Under the pieces are notes generated by a model. It saw nothing but the letters and a program-made list of their open reading frames with translations. It was not told the DNA's origin and did no database searches. 64,000 nucleotides of DNA from a virus (lineage: Duplodnaviria; Caudoviricetes). The position numbers and the translations under genes are program-made. Below are positions 53,129 to 62,608 of the stretch, in pieces. Each line of letters begins with the position of its first letter. Position 1 is the first letter of the stretch. Location of the stretch: the IMG/VR virus record IMGVR_UViG_3300020411_000002; one strand, 5' to 3'.

Positions 53129-54786
53129 TAATCAGTCTCCTCTACTTCTAGTACAAATGTACCTGATGTGTTAGAACCAGCAAACGCGCTATCTGAAATC
53201 CAGATGTGATCGCCATTTGCATCAAAGTCGCCGTCGCTATTTACAACCGTAAAGCCTTTCTGAACTTCACGCTTATCTGGATAGTACGTAAGAACGTCTG
53301 CGCCTTTGTATGAAACAATTAGGTTATTAACGTCATAAACGTTAGTACCAATAGCAACATACTGAGCTAATGCAGGCACTGTAATATCACGTTGTACCAT
53401 ACCAGCAACAAGATACGAATCACCAGAAGTAATTGTACTACCTTGTACGTCGGCTAGGTTAGTAATAGTAAGTCCAGAGAAAGTGTGGTCGCCACGAGCA
53501 ACAGTGTCATCGACTGTTAGCGTAGTACGCCAGCGTGTATCGTTAACTTTAGTCCAGTTACCAGAAAGAACACCACCAGAAGCCGATAGAGAATCAGGTG
53601 CGTTAAGTAACTTCTGATCAGCACGAACTTCAACAGTGTAGTCTTCACCTTCTTGGCTTGAACGTAAACTGTTACCACCGTTAACAATAACGATTTGTGC
53701 ATCAGGTACATCATCTGCTACGCTAACTTTCCAGTTAGTAGTAGCCGTTGAACCGTTAGCTTCACGAACTGCATAGATTTCTACGTTGTTCGTATCGACT
53801 TGATAACCAATAGTGTCACCGCTACGAGTAACAGTTTTAGTAGCACCGTAAGTGTTTGCATCTGCTACGCTTAGACCTGCATTCGGGCGATACTCTACAG
53901 TGTCGGCATTGCTGATAGTCATAGACACATCAACACTTTCACTGCCTTTAACTGCTTGCTGTCCAGCAGGATAGCTGTAACCAATAGCAGCAAACGTAGG
54001 CTTAACTTGCGAAACAATCATTGTATCTGTAGAAGTGAATACATCACCCTCAGTACCTAGCAAGTTAGTAGCAACTGCACGAATCGCTAAATCACCAGAG
54101 CGGTTAGATACAGTGAACGTACCAGTAATCGCTTTGAATCCAGCACCAGCACTATCAGCAGCACCTAGAGTTAGATTCTTTTCTTGACTGCTTACACCGT
54201 AGTTAAGCAGACGTACTTCTTCTGCATCGTTTCCAACAACACCAGATAGAGTAACAGTGTCGCCTTGTTTAACTTCTGTCTGAGAGCCTGGATAAGCACC
54301 GAGATTTAGCTGAGTGATTTCAGGACCGCCAATAAGAACGTTTAGTGTACATGAAAACTCTGCACCAGTTGAACTAACAACAGTGATAGTTTGGTCAGTA
54401 ACTTCTGGGTCTAAAGTCAGTTCTACGAAACCATAATAAAGACGAGGGTTATTTGGGTCTGCACTAATGTTTTCAATTAAAGCAGCTTGACCATTTACAG
54501 TAGCTTCAATAGAAGAAGCAGCCATATCAGGCTCAGCCATGAATTGAACACGTACAGTTTCAGTGTTAGTAACAGCATGATCGAGATAGAAATCAGCAGG
54601 GATAGTATTTGGAACGTACTCTTTCAAACCAACAATGCCTTCACCTACAGGCTCTATGTCGATAATAAAAATACCACCTGCTGTTCTCAAATCCACGTAC
54701 TGTTTAGGCACAGCGTGTAATGCATCTACTGGATCACCAGAGAGCGAAGCATGCCCAACAACCTTGGGGGAATGGAGTTTCATCAA
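53128..54786 (-). CDS. Putative fibre/neck protein with Ig-like domains (552 aa)
   Basis: N-terminal GDPVDALHAVPKQYVD fibre-type motif; Thr/Ser/Val/Gly-rich beta-sandwich repeats. Confidence 0.6.
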   Translation of the reverse strand: MMKLHSPKVVGHASLSGDPVDALHAVPKQYVDLRTAGGIFIIDIEPVGEGIVGLKEYVPNTIPADFYLDHAVTNTETVRVQFMAEPDMAASSIEATVNGQAALIENISADPNNPRLYYGFVELTLDPEVTDQTITVVSSTGAEFSCTLNVLIGGPEITQLNLGAYPGSQTEVKQGDTVTLSGVVGNDAEEVRLLNYGVSSQEKNLTLGAADSAGAGFKAITGTFTVSNRSGDLAIRAVATNLLGTEGDVFTSTDTMIVSQVKPTFAAIGYSYPAGQQAVKGSESVDVSMTISNADTVEYRPNAGLSVADANTYGATKTVTRSGDTIGYQVDTNNVEIYAVREANGSTATTNWKVSVADDVPDAQIVIVNGGNSLRSSQEGEDYTVEVRADQKLLNAPDSLSASGGVLSGNWTKVNDTRWRTTLTVDDTVARGDHTFSGLTITNLADVQGSTITSGDSYLVAGMVQRDITVPALAQYVAIGTNVYDVNNLIVSYKGADVLTYYPDKREVQKGFTVVNSDGDFDANGDHIWISDSAFAGSNTSGTFVLEVEETD

Positions 54787-54887
54787 TATACCTCATAGTA
54801 TGAGAATAATTTAACCAGTTAAATAGGAGTTATTCTAATTAACACCTAACATTAAATTAGTATGTTTGTATATTGACTTATAGATAC

Positions 54888-54919
54888 AAAAAAGCTCACT
54901 AAGAAAGTCAAAGTGAGCT
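54888..54919 (-). terminator. Rho-independent terminator
   Basis: AGCTCACT-N11-AGTGAGCT, followed by a T tract on the minus strand. Confidence 0.6.
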
Positions 54920-54925
54920 AGTCTG

Positions 54926-55243
54926 TTACAGTATGAAGTGAGGAACGCGTTTCTTTTTAGCTAACCGTAGTTCTCGGCTTCTGGCAGGTACTATAGCATA
55001 GTCGTGATCGCCTATAGATATTTCATCTACTACTTCAAAGTTCATAGAATTAATGTTACTAAACTGCTTAAAGATATCAAACAATTCACAACCGTGTTCA
55101 AACACAAACTTTATTCTAGGCGTTTGGCAATCAGACCTTTTACATGCAGAGTTTCTTAGCTCTACAAACATATTCTCTAAGTATTCTGACCGTGAACGCC
55201 GTATTGATTCACTAGAGAACGCGCAAATAGTTACAAAGCTCAT
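54926..55243 (-). CDS. Hypothetical protein
   Basis: 105-aa ORF; start is approximate. Confidence 0.5.
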   Translation of the reverse strand: MSFVTICAFSSESIRRSRSEYLENMFVELRNSACKRSDCQTPRIKFVFEHGCELFDIFKQFSNINSMNFEVVDEISIGDHDYAIVPARSRELRLAKKKRVPHFIL

Positions 55244-55244
55244 T

Positions 55245-55553
55245 CTATTTCCTCAACATTGGGTTTTCTGGTAGAGCAATACCGTAATAGCCTAGCTTTC
55301 TTTCGAGTAAAGAAATATAGAGAAGTAAGTCTGTTTCAGGGTGAGCAGACAATGCTTTTACAGTAGCTTTGCATTGATTGAGTTCTACTAGAGCAGTAAT
55401 CAATTGGTTGTTACTAGATAGCGCGGCTTGTTGTAGTTCTTCTACAGACATAGTTCCGCTTTGTATTGAATCACCACGGTCTTCTAGGTTCTGTATTGTT
55501 TCAGAAGTTTCCGCAGATGACACTTTGGGTTGTTTTGACATATAGCTACTCAT
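55245..55553 (-). CDS. Hypothetical protein (coiled-coil-like)
   Basis: 102-aa ORF. Confidence 0.55.
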   Translation of the reverse strand: MSSYMSKQPKVSSAETSETIQNLEDRGDSIQSGTMSVEELQQAALSSNNQLITALVELNQCKATVKALSAHPETDLLLYISLLERKLGYYGIALPENPMLRK

Positions 55554-55590
55554 AATGTATGTTTTTGTTGTCTACCATCTATTTACAGTA

Positions 55591-56430
55591 TTAGTTTAGA
55601 TTAATGATACTGCCTTTAGCATTCAAGTTACCACTAGCTTTTAAATCCATAGTAGCAGAAGTACGGTCTTCTATCTTACCAGTAACTTTACGCGAGTAGC
55701 GGCCTTTAATCTTTTCTTCAACATTGCCCTCTACTTCCATAGTGTAGTTACCAGTTACTTTTGTATGGTAGTTACCAGACTCACCACCTAGTAAACCTTG
55801 GAAAGCTACTTTCTTTTGTGGATTAGCAGACAAAGAACCAAGTACAAAGTCTGGTGCATTCAACAGATAGCCGGGCACATCACCTTTGTTTCCTGTCACT
55901 ATTTGTTGCAAGTTGCCAACGATTGTTTGATTCACATCACCAAGTATAGTTAAGTTAACATCGCCTGGGTTATGTAGAAACACTTCATTGGTTTTCAAAT
56001 CAATAACGAATGTAGAACCATTTGGAAGCACTGTACCCTGTCTATTAGGATAGTTCTTTTCAAACTCTGGAAGTAAGTTCTGAGTATCAATAGGAACAGG
56101 GCCGTAGCTTGGATTGTTAGCGTCACCTTTATTTCTAAAGTATACAGCTACTTTGTTTCCACGTTTGGGAACTCCACGAAAAGAACCAGTGCGTTGTTCA
56201 ACATCACCACCTCTTAGACCGTTTGGATGAAAGTTAGTTTCGGGAATAGCCCAAGGAAGTTTGTCATCTGGAATACTATCTTGGAACACATCAAGACGAA
56301 CTCTAACACGACCTAGATATTCTGGATCGTTATCATCAATCACTACACCAATATACGGCTTGTTTGGGTCTAATCCTTTTCTGTGGATTATCTTACTTAA
56401 ATCTACTGTAGGTTGCATTATATGCTCCAA
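55591..56430 (-). CDS. Baseplate central spike, gp5/gpV-like (OB-fold plus beta-helix, no lysozyme)
   Basis: YIGVVIDDNDPEYLGRVRVR...LPWA...VP..GNKV.V.F OB domain; beta-helix repeats ending GSIINLN. Confidence 0.85.
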   Translation of the reverse strand: MEHIMQPTVDLSKIIHRKGLDPNKPYIGVVIDDNDPEYLGRVRVRLDVFQDSIPDDKLPWAIPETNFHPNGLRGGDVEQRTGSFRGVPKRGNKVAVYFRNKGDANNPSYGPVPIDTQNLLPEFEKNYPNRQGTVLPNGSTFVIDLKTNEVFLHNPGDVNLTILGDVNQTIVGNLQQIVTGNKGDVPGYLLNAPDFVLGSLSANPQKKVAFQGLLGGESGNYHTKVTGNYTMEVEGNVEEKIKGRYSRKVTGKIEDRTSATMDLKASGNLNAKGSIINLN

Positions 56431-56442
56431 CTCATTTGCAAC

Positions 56443-56473
56443 AAAAAAGGGCTACACGTCAATGCAGCCCTTT
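56443..56473 (-). terminator. Rho-independent terminator
   Basis: AAAGGGCT-N12-AGCCCTTT, followed by a T tract on the minus strand. Confidence 0.6.
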
Positions 56474-56485
56474 GTATTTACACTT

Positions 56486-56782
56486 TTATTGTACTGTGAC
56501 AGCACCGACAATCAATGCAGTTATCAATACTATTAAAGATATGACTACCATCGTGACCCAGTTATTAGCCCACGAATGCCAGTACCCATCTAAGCTGACA
56601 GGTCTGTTTTGTGGGTACGGTTGGTAAGGTATACCAGCAACAATAGCTAAAACTGCTAAGAATGATAAAGCAGATAGGAATGATTGTATTTCAAAACCAA
56701 AGCCTACAAAAACTCCAATAAACATAATCAGCAAAGTACGAATAAGTACATCAACTATTGTTAGTCCAAAGTATAGTGCCAT
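56486..56782 (-). CDS. Small multi-pass membrane protein
   Basis: Three hydrophobic segments in 98 aa; AGGAG RBS. Confidence 0.65.
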   Translation of the reverse strand: MALYFGLTIVDVLIRTLLIMFIGVFVGFGFEIQSFLSALSFLAVLAIVAGIPYQPYPQNRPVSLDGYWHSWANNWVTMVVISLIVLITALIVGAVTVQ

Positions 56783-56791
56783 GTTATCTCC

Positions 56792-58825
56792 TTATGTACC
56801 TGTTCCTACAGTAGTTGTAGTAGAGCCAGGTCCGTTCAACGTAGCGTTAGCAGAAGCGCCCTCACCATTTGCACACAACAAGTCATTAACTAGAGACTCT
56901 AATTGTTGAAGTCTTCTAGCTAAATCATTTTGAGGTATAAACAACTTAGCAAGAGCTAGTCTATCAAGACAGTTTGTAGGAGGCATTGCTAAGTCCGACA
57001 TTCTATCTTGAATTCTTTCGTTGAGTTGTCTACAAGTAGATTGTACTCTTGGGTTATTCAGGTACTGATCTGGTATATTACCTTTACTAGCGAGTTCGTT
57101 CACATCAGCTTGGAACTCTTTAGATAATTGGTCGATACGATTGATACGGTTTGCTACCATTCCAATTATATCACCTAGATTAGGACCGAATAAATCAAGT
57201 GCAGCCAACTCACTCGGAATGAGTTCGTTACAAAGTTCTTCCATCTTCTGTATAGCAGATTGAAATTCTCTACCAACAGCAGTAAGGTAGTCTTTGGCTT
57301 CCCCGTACTTATCTACAATTCTCTGATCTGCAAATGCTCGACCTTCTTCCTCAAAGTCATTGAGCAACTTATCTATTTTCTTTTTCTGATTTTCTACAAA
57401 CTTGTTAAAGCTATCAGTTGGATTAGCTTGGGACTCAGCAGGTTCTTCGTACTCGCCTAGTTCTTTAGCTAACTGTATTTGCTCTGACTCGTTTGCTGTA
57501 TCAGTTTTTACTTTTGGATTAACAGTGTTTTCCAACGTAGTCTCGTTATGAGGGTCAGTTGGGTCTACCGCTGTATCTACTTTGTTTGTTTGCTTTGGAG
57601 ATACACTGCTCGTATTCTTAGACTCACTTAAAGGAGTTGAACCTGAATCAGTCACATAGCTTCGATAGAGTGTGTATATCTCGCTGTAATGATTAGAGCG
57701 AATGGCAATGATTTTATTACCGATAATGTACTTACCAGAAAACGATTCGTTTAACGACGGTTCGCCTTGATTAGCTTCTGGGTTTACATGCTCGTAATCA
57801 CACACTTGCAACAAATCTAAGTTGTTGAAGTTATCACATATACCTCTAACTGTTTCAGTGAACAGCGACAAGTGACGCATATTCAAGTACTGAGCTTTGT
57901 AGTAATGCTCATGCATGTTAGAGGCTGAAAGAGGTGCAGTACCACTATCGAAGTAGTAACCAGATGTAAGACTTGTTAAGTCGATAGAGTTTTTCAAGTC
58001 CTCGTTTAAAGGCAATCCATCACCAAACACTTCTGGTTCTGACTTTTCAAACTTCAACAAGTCACCGCTTAAACTATGCTGTACATGCGTATGCCCATAG
58101 TTAGTTAGCTTGTTAAAGAATCCGCTAGTTGTATCAATACTGCTTTCACGTAAAGCGATTCGGTTTTCTTTACCAGATACATTGGATACGTTAAACATAC
58201 CAACTTCGGGTTCGCGTTTAAGCTCTTGGAATAAATCATTTAGAAAGTAAGTGCTATTCCAATCTAAGCAACCTTTCATGCAGGTGGATTTACCAGAGTA
58301 AGAATGTTCCAGTATTTCTTTGATAAACTGAATCTGACTCTTACCTATGTTTCTCCAACACATAAAGTCACTAAGAGATAATCCACCCTCAGGCTGTTTA
58401 ACCTCAATATTGTACTTCTTCAATATGTCTGTAATAGCAGTAGCGCTAGTGCCGTCATAAAACTCGCGTTGCGCTTCAAGTATGTATTCAGGTATATCAG
58501 GAACTAATGTAGCTCTTCGTAATAGACCTGCACTAATAGTCTCGCTCTTCACTTTACCAAGCACACGGGTTTTTATTTCCATGCTGTCACCAGTTCTATC
58601 TACTCCTTGAGATAGAACGATATCAACTTTAGTCCCGTCTACTAAGGCATAGTCACCAGTATTGAATATTGCATGAACGTCATTTAGTTCTAGAACAGCT
58701 ACAGGTATTTCATAGCCAATTCCAGAGTACATTGTTAGAGATTTAAAAACATTCGACGAAGGAGGAATCTCTTGATCGTTTATTTTTATCTCTAAGAAAA
58801 CACCGTTCTTTAATTCAATAGCCAT
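56792..58825 (-). CDS. Baseplate hub protein (gp27/gpD-like) with a C-terminal helical extension
   Basis: Sits between gp53-like and spike genes. GT..AIT.IL, WRNIGKS..QFI.EIL and FSGKYII.NKII.I..NHYSE hub-type segments; residues past about 390 are low-complexity then helical. Confidence 0.6.
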   Translation of the reverse strand: MAIELKNGVFLEIKINDQEIPPSSNVFKSLTMYSGIGYEIPVAVLELNDVHAIFNTGDYALVDGTKVDIVLSQGVDRTGDSMEIKTRVLGKVKSETISAGLLRRATLVPDIPEYILEAQREFYDGTSATAITDILKKYNIEVKQPEGGLSLSDFMCWRNIGKSQIQFIKEILEHSYSGKSTCMKGCLDWNSTYFLNDLFQELKREPEVGMFNVSNVSGKENRIALRESSIDTTSGFFNKLTNYGHTHVQHSLSGDLLKFEKSEPEVFGDGLPLNEDLKNSIDLTSLTSGYYFDSGTAPLSASNMHEHYYKAQYLNMRHLSLFTETVRGICDNFNNLDLLQVCDYEHVNPEANQGEPSLNESFSGKYIIGNKIIAIRSNHYSEIYTLYRSYVTDSGSTPLSESKNTSSVSPKQTNKVDTAVDPTDPHNETTLENTVNPKVKTDTANESEQIQLAKELGEYEEPAESQANPTDSFNKFVENQKKKIDKLLNDFEEEGRAFADQRIVDKYGEAKDYLTAVGREFQSAIQKMEELCNELIPSELAALDLFGPNLGDIIGMVANRINRIDQLSKEFQADVNELASKGNIPDQYLNNPRVQSTCRQLNERIQDRMSDLAMPPTNCLDRLALAKLFIPQNDLARRLQQLESLVNDLLCANGEGASANATLNGPGSTTTTVGTGT

Positions 58826-59151
58826 TAGATAGATACCGTTCTGTTTCTGTTCAAGCTTTTAGAAAATGCTAGCACTTGGCTACTGTCAGGAATACGCAAA
58901 GTATCACCTGCTCGAATACTCATGCCGTTAGATATCCCATTGAATGCCAAAATCAAACCAAACAGTTCAACATCGTCATAGTAATCGAATGCGATTAGCT
59001 GAGGATTACTTTCTTCACTATTTGTAACAGTGTGATTAGTGTACTGAGTTATTCGATCTAAGTTTTCGTATAGCTTATTTTTTAAAGGGTCTATACCTAG
59101 TTTATCAATGTGTACGAATCGCGTTAAGTCTAATGCCATTACACACCCCAT
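58825..59151 (-). CDS. Baseplate wedge protein, gp53-like (LysM-like)
   Basis: NPQLIAFDYYDDVELFGLILAFNGI.N...I.AG..LRIP. Confidence 0.75.
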   Translation of the reverse strand: MGCVMALDLTRFVHIDKLGIDPLKNKLYENLDRITQYTNHTVTNSEESNPQLIAFDYYDDVELFGLILAFNGISNGMSIRAGDTLRIPDSSQVLAFSKSLNRNRTVSI

Positions 59152-59882
59152 CTGTCAGTACTAAACCAAGTTTCAATATCTTCTCTCGACACTGGATAGT
59201 AAGACTCAATCTGTACGTTCATTTCTACGCTCATAGGCAAACCTGAACCATGTTCAAACATACCATCGAATGCAGCAGAAACGTTTTTGATAACACAAGG
59301 AGTCATTTGAAAGAAGTTACCTATAGTACAGGTAAATATTTTACCAGTAATAAGAGAACTCGCATCACTAGATTGTCCTTCTTTAGTATTCTTTCTATAC
59401 TGTGAAATAGCTTCTGCAACTGGACTAGGACCTGGAATAAGCATACGTCCAAGCTTATCAGTTTCGGGAGTAACGAGTCTAAGCATAGCAGCCAAAGGAG
59501 TAAGTACATCTTCCTTTGAGCTTTTCCAGTTAACTAAATCGAATGGAATAGAAAGCGATAGATAGCTAGGACCTGACCATGTTTGGGGCGATAAGTATTT
59601 AAACTTCTGATTACCACCAAGAACACGACGAGTAACGCTATCTACTGCTTGTGAAATACCAGCAGCAGCAGGCAATGCTTCTGCAAGACCGTCGATCGGG
59701 TCCCAGTTATTAGCTAAGTCAATATTAAAGTCTTGTGGAACTTTGCCTTCAAATACGTCTTTACCGTCACTGCTAATGATAGTACTTTTGTACATACCAT
59801 CTACATCAACTAGTGCGTTATCATCACCAGTCAATGCAGGTCCGCTTGAAGGTCTTCTAGATTCTGGTAATAGATAATTCAT
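59139..59882 (-). CDS. Tail tube initiator / baseplate cap, gp48/gp54-like
   Basis: WSGPSYLSL.IPF.L, CTIGNFFQM.PCVIKNVS..FD, G.PMSVEMNV; directly after the tape-measure candidate. Confidence 0.65.
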   Translation of the reverse strand: MNYLLPESRRPSSGPALTGDDNALVDVDGMYKSTIISSDGKDVFEGKVPQDFNIDLANNWDPIDGLAEALPAAAGISQAVDSVTRRVLGGNQKFKYLSPQTWSGPSYLSLSIPFDLVNWKSSKEDVLTPLAAMLRLVTPETDKLGRMLIPGPSPVAEAISQYRKNTKEGQSSDASSLITGKIFTCTIGNFFQMTPCVIKNVSAAFDGMFEHGSGLPMSVEMNVQIESYYPVSREDIETWFSTDRWGV

Positions 59883-62608
59883 TACAAATACCCTAATGAA
59901 ATAAGATTAAATGTACCATCGTCAACAAGTATAGGAACATTGTTCAATGATGGAACATCACGATAAGGACCGGAGCCTTGCATAGTTGGAGACTTAGCTT
60001 TACGTGCAGTAGCTTGAACTGACTTAGGCTTAGACTTCTCTTCTACTTTGGGCTGTTCAACCGTTACATTAACGTCTGGAAGTCTAGTCTGCGTATTCTC
60101 CATATTGCCAACATCTTTTTCAGGCAACACACTGCTAACCATTGGACTACTGCTTTTGATATCAGGTTCAATAGAATCTTGATACGTGTTTTCAAAACCC
60201 TCAATGATATCGTTCTGCATATCAATCTGCTTGAAAGAAGTAACAGGCTGACCGGTAGTCAAGTCATACTCTCTACCACTCGGCTCAGGAGAAAAGCCGT
60301 ATTTCTTTCTAACTACTTTCTCTGCATCAGTCAATGATATAGACCCACCAGAGTTTTTATGCATAGCGATTATTTCATCTTCTACAGCATAGTAATCGGA
60401 AATATAAATACGGTTACGTCTTTCTTCTTGCTCTTTCTTCAAAGCATCAATATTCTTAGAACGTTGGGCAAAGTGGGCATCTTCTAAAGTTCGAACAGCA
60501 GTAGAAACTTCCTCAACTGCATTACCAGAACTTTCGATAGTAGGTAAAGATTCCGTAGTTATGCTATCTACTTTTCTAGATACAACTTCACCGTTTCGTA
60601 TTTTGGCACTACCATCAACAATGTTTCCAGCATCGTCCATAAGGTCAGCTTGCTTTGCAGCATCGTTAATAGACTTTTCTATTTCAGCGAATTCTCTATC
60701 TTGGAATGAAGTGTCAGGAGAAGTAGGCTTAACATCGGAGGGTGCGTCACTTGAAAACCAATCAGAAACTAAACCTTCAACAGCTTCTTCGCCGTAAACA
60801 GCACCAAGCAATCCACCAGCAATACCACCAATAGCAGTACCAAACCCGGGTATAACACTTCCAAGAGAAGCACCAAGAGCAGCGCCAGCAGCGCCGCCAG
60901 CTAAAGAACCACCAGCACCAGCATATTGAATGTTCTTCTCTTCGTCTGTTAGCGTATCGTCAGTAGCAGTACCGTAAATGTCAGCACCAGCATACAGCAA
61001 ACTCAGACCGGGAATTCTACCAAGACCTTTTCTGACTTTGGCCCACTTGCTTTCTTTAGGAAAGTCAGCATCTACAGGTAAAGCAGGCGTATTGATTGCA
61101 GGTGGTTTATTAGTTGGAACTACACGATCTCTAACTTGTGTGAATCTATCCGTAGCAAACTGACGAGCATTTGGATTGAGCGCTAACGCACCCGCAGCAG
61201 CGGCAGTACCATAAGCAGCATAGTTAGATTCATCTGTCTCAGGCATAGCTAATTCTATATCAGGAGACTCTGATACATTCTCTAACGTTGGTTGTTCGTC
61301 TTCGTCATCAGATAAGAACGGAAGTAAAGATAAGCCAGTTAGAAGCATACCTACTTTACCACCCATAGCACCACGTAACTTACTAAAGATTCCTTTCTTA
61401 GCTGGACTGTCTGGACTTGCTGGACTAGGCTTCTGCGTTGGAGCTTCATCACCTATAGGTCTAGCGTTTTGTTTTCCTTGTAGATACTTACGCGTACCAA
61501 TTGTTCCAGCAACACCTGCTGCACCCAACGCTGCTAATCCAGTACCAGAATCCATTACGCTTTGAACTGCTTGTGCGTTTTCTTCGCCGAGTATGTTCTC
61601 TACTATACCACCAGTAGCTTCACGCAACATCTTAAAGCCCGGTACTAGGTCTAACATAGATGTGAATATTTCTCTGATAAATGTTCCTACTTCTCGAATC
61701 ATGTTACCAAACATGCCCGGCAAGCTATCAAACATTTCACCAATCTTGTCGTACATTATTGAACCGAGATTGTCCCAGTTATCAGTAATATAACTAAATC
61801 CATCTGACACCATTTGAATTAAATCGATACCAAAGAACTGTCTTAGTACATCACTAACTAACAAGAAGCCTGCACCAACTACTGTAACGATACGTAAAGC
61901 TTTACCTAGTATTCCAAGTATACCACGCGCTTTACCACCCTCACCAAATCCACCAAGAAGACCGCCAAGTCCACCCATACCAAACGGCATTTGAAAGAAT
62001 GGATTACGTTGTTTTTCTTCTTGTGGAATATCTTTAGTATCAGGATTATTTACGTTTTCGCCAGCCGCTTTCTGATCTAAATCGAAGTCCCGTTCTTTGG
62101 TATACTCCAAGCTTTCTCTTTCTGTATCTCTAACATCCGTAAGTAGCTTAGAGCTTTCCATCATTACGTCTAGTTGACGTTTAGATTGGGACTCTACGGT
62201 ATCTGTTAATCCATCAAGCTTGGTTTCAGTAACAGACGCAAGCTTCTCAACAGTTTCTTGTAACTCTGCATTATTCTCTACATAGTCAACAATCTCACGG
62301 GACTCTACCGAATCGTCGTAGTCTATAGACATTGATTTAGGTTCATCAACGAATGTACGTAGAACTTCTGCAATCTTTTCAGGAAAGCCCGATAAGTCGG
62401 TTCGTGCATTGCTGTCATGAATACTGATAGACTCAGGGCTCATAACATTAACAAAGTCTGGATAGACTGTATAACCCTCTCCCTCTGCTGAACCATTGTG
62501 TTCCAGACCTGGAGGCATGATGACAGGGCCGCGTTGTCTTTTCTTTGGTGCTGATCTACTCGCTAGTTTATCAGCAAAATCAGTAAGGAGTTCGTGTCTA
62601 TCTGCCAT
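59882..62608 (-). CDS. Probable tape-measure protein (908 aa)
   Basis: Helical N-terminus, Gly/Ala-rich hydrophobic segments and glycine zipper GGSLAGGAAGAALGASLGSVIPGFGTAIGGIAGGLLG; position between chaperone-like and gp48-like genes. Confidence 0.65.
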   Translation of the reverse strand: MADRHELLTDFADKLASRSAPKKRQRGPVIMPPGLEHNGSAEGEGYTVYPDFVNVMSPESISIHDSNARTDLSGFPEKIAEVLRTFVDEPKSMSIDYDDSVESREIVDYVENNAELQETVEKLASVTETKLDGLTDTVESQSKRQLDVMMESSKLLTDVRDTERESLEYTKERDFDLDQKAAGENVNNPDTKDIPQEEKQRNPFFQMPFGMGGLGGLLGGFGEGGKARGILGILGKALRIVTVVGAGFLLVSDVLRQFFGIDLIQMVSDGFSYITDNWDNLGSIMYDKIGEMFDSLPGMFGNMIREVGTFIREIFTSMLDLVPGFKMLREATGGIVENILGEENAQAVQSVMDSGTGLAALGAAGVAGTIGTRKYLQGKQNARPIGDEAPTQKPSPASPDSPAKKGIFSKLRGAMGGKVGMLLTGLSLLPFLSDDEDEQPTLENVSESPDIELAMPETDESNYAAYGTAAAAGALALNPNARQFATDRFTQVRDRVVPTNKPPAINTPALPVDADFPKESKWAKVRKGLGRIPGLSLLYAGADIYGTATDDTLTDEEKNIQYAGAGGSLAGGAAGAALGASLGSVIPGFGTAIGGIAGGLLGAVYGEEAVEGLVSDWFSSDAPSDVKPTSPDTSFQDREFAEIEKSINDAAKQADLMDDAGNIVDGSAKIRNGEVVSRKVDSITTESLPTIESSGNAVEEVSTAVRTLEDAHFAQRSKNIDALKKEQEERRNRIYISDYYAVEDEIIAMHKNSGGSISLTDAEKVVRKKYGFSPEPSGREYDLTTGQPVTSFKQIDMQNDIIEGFENTYQDSIEPDIKSSSPMVSSVLPEKDVGNMENTQTRLPDVNVTVEQPKVEEKSKPKSVQATARKAKSPTMQGSGPYRDVPSLNNVPILVDDGTFNLISLGYL

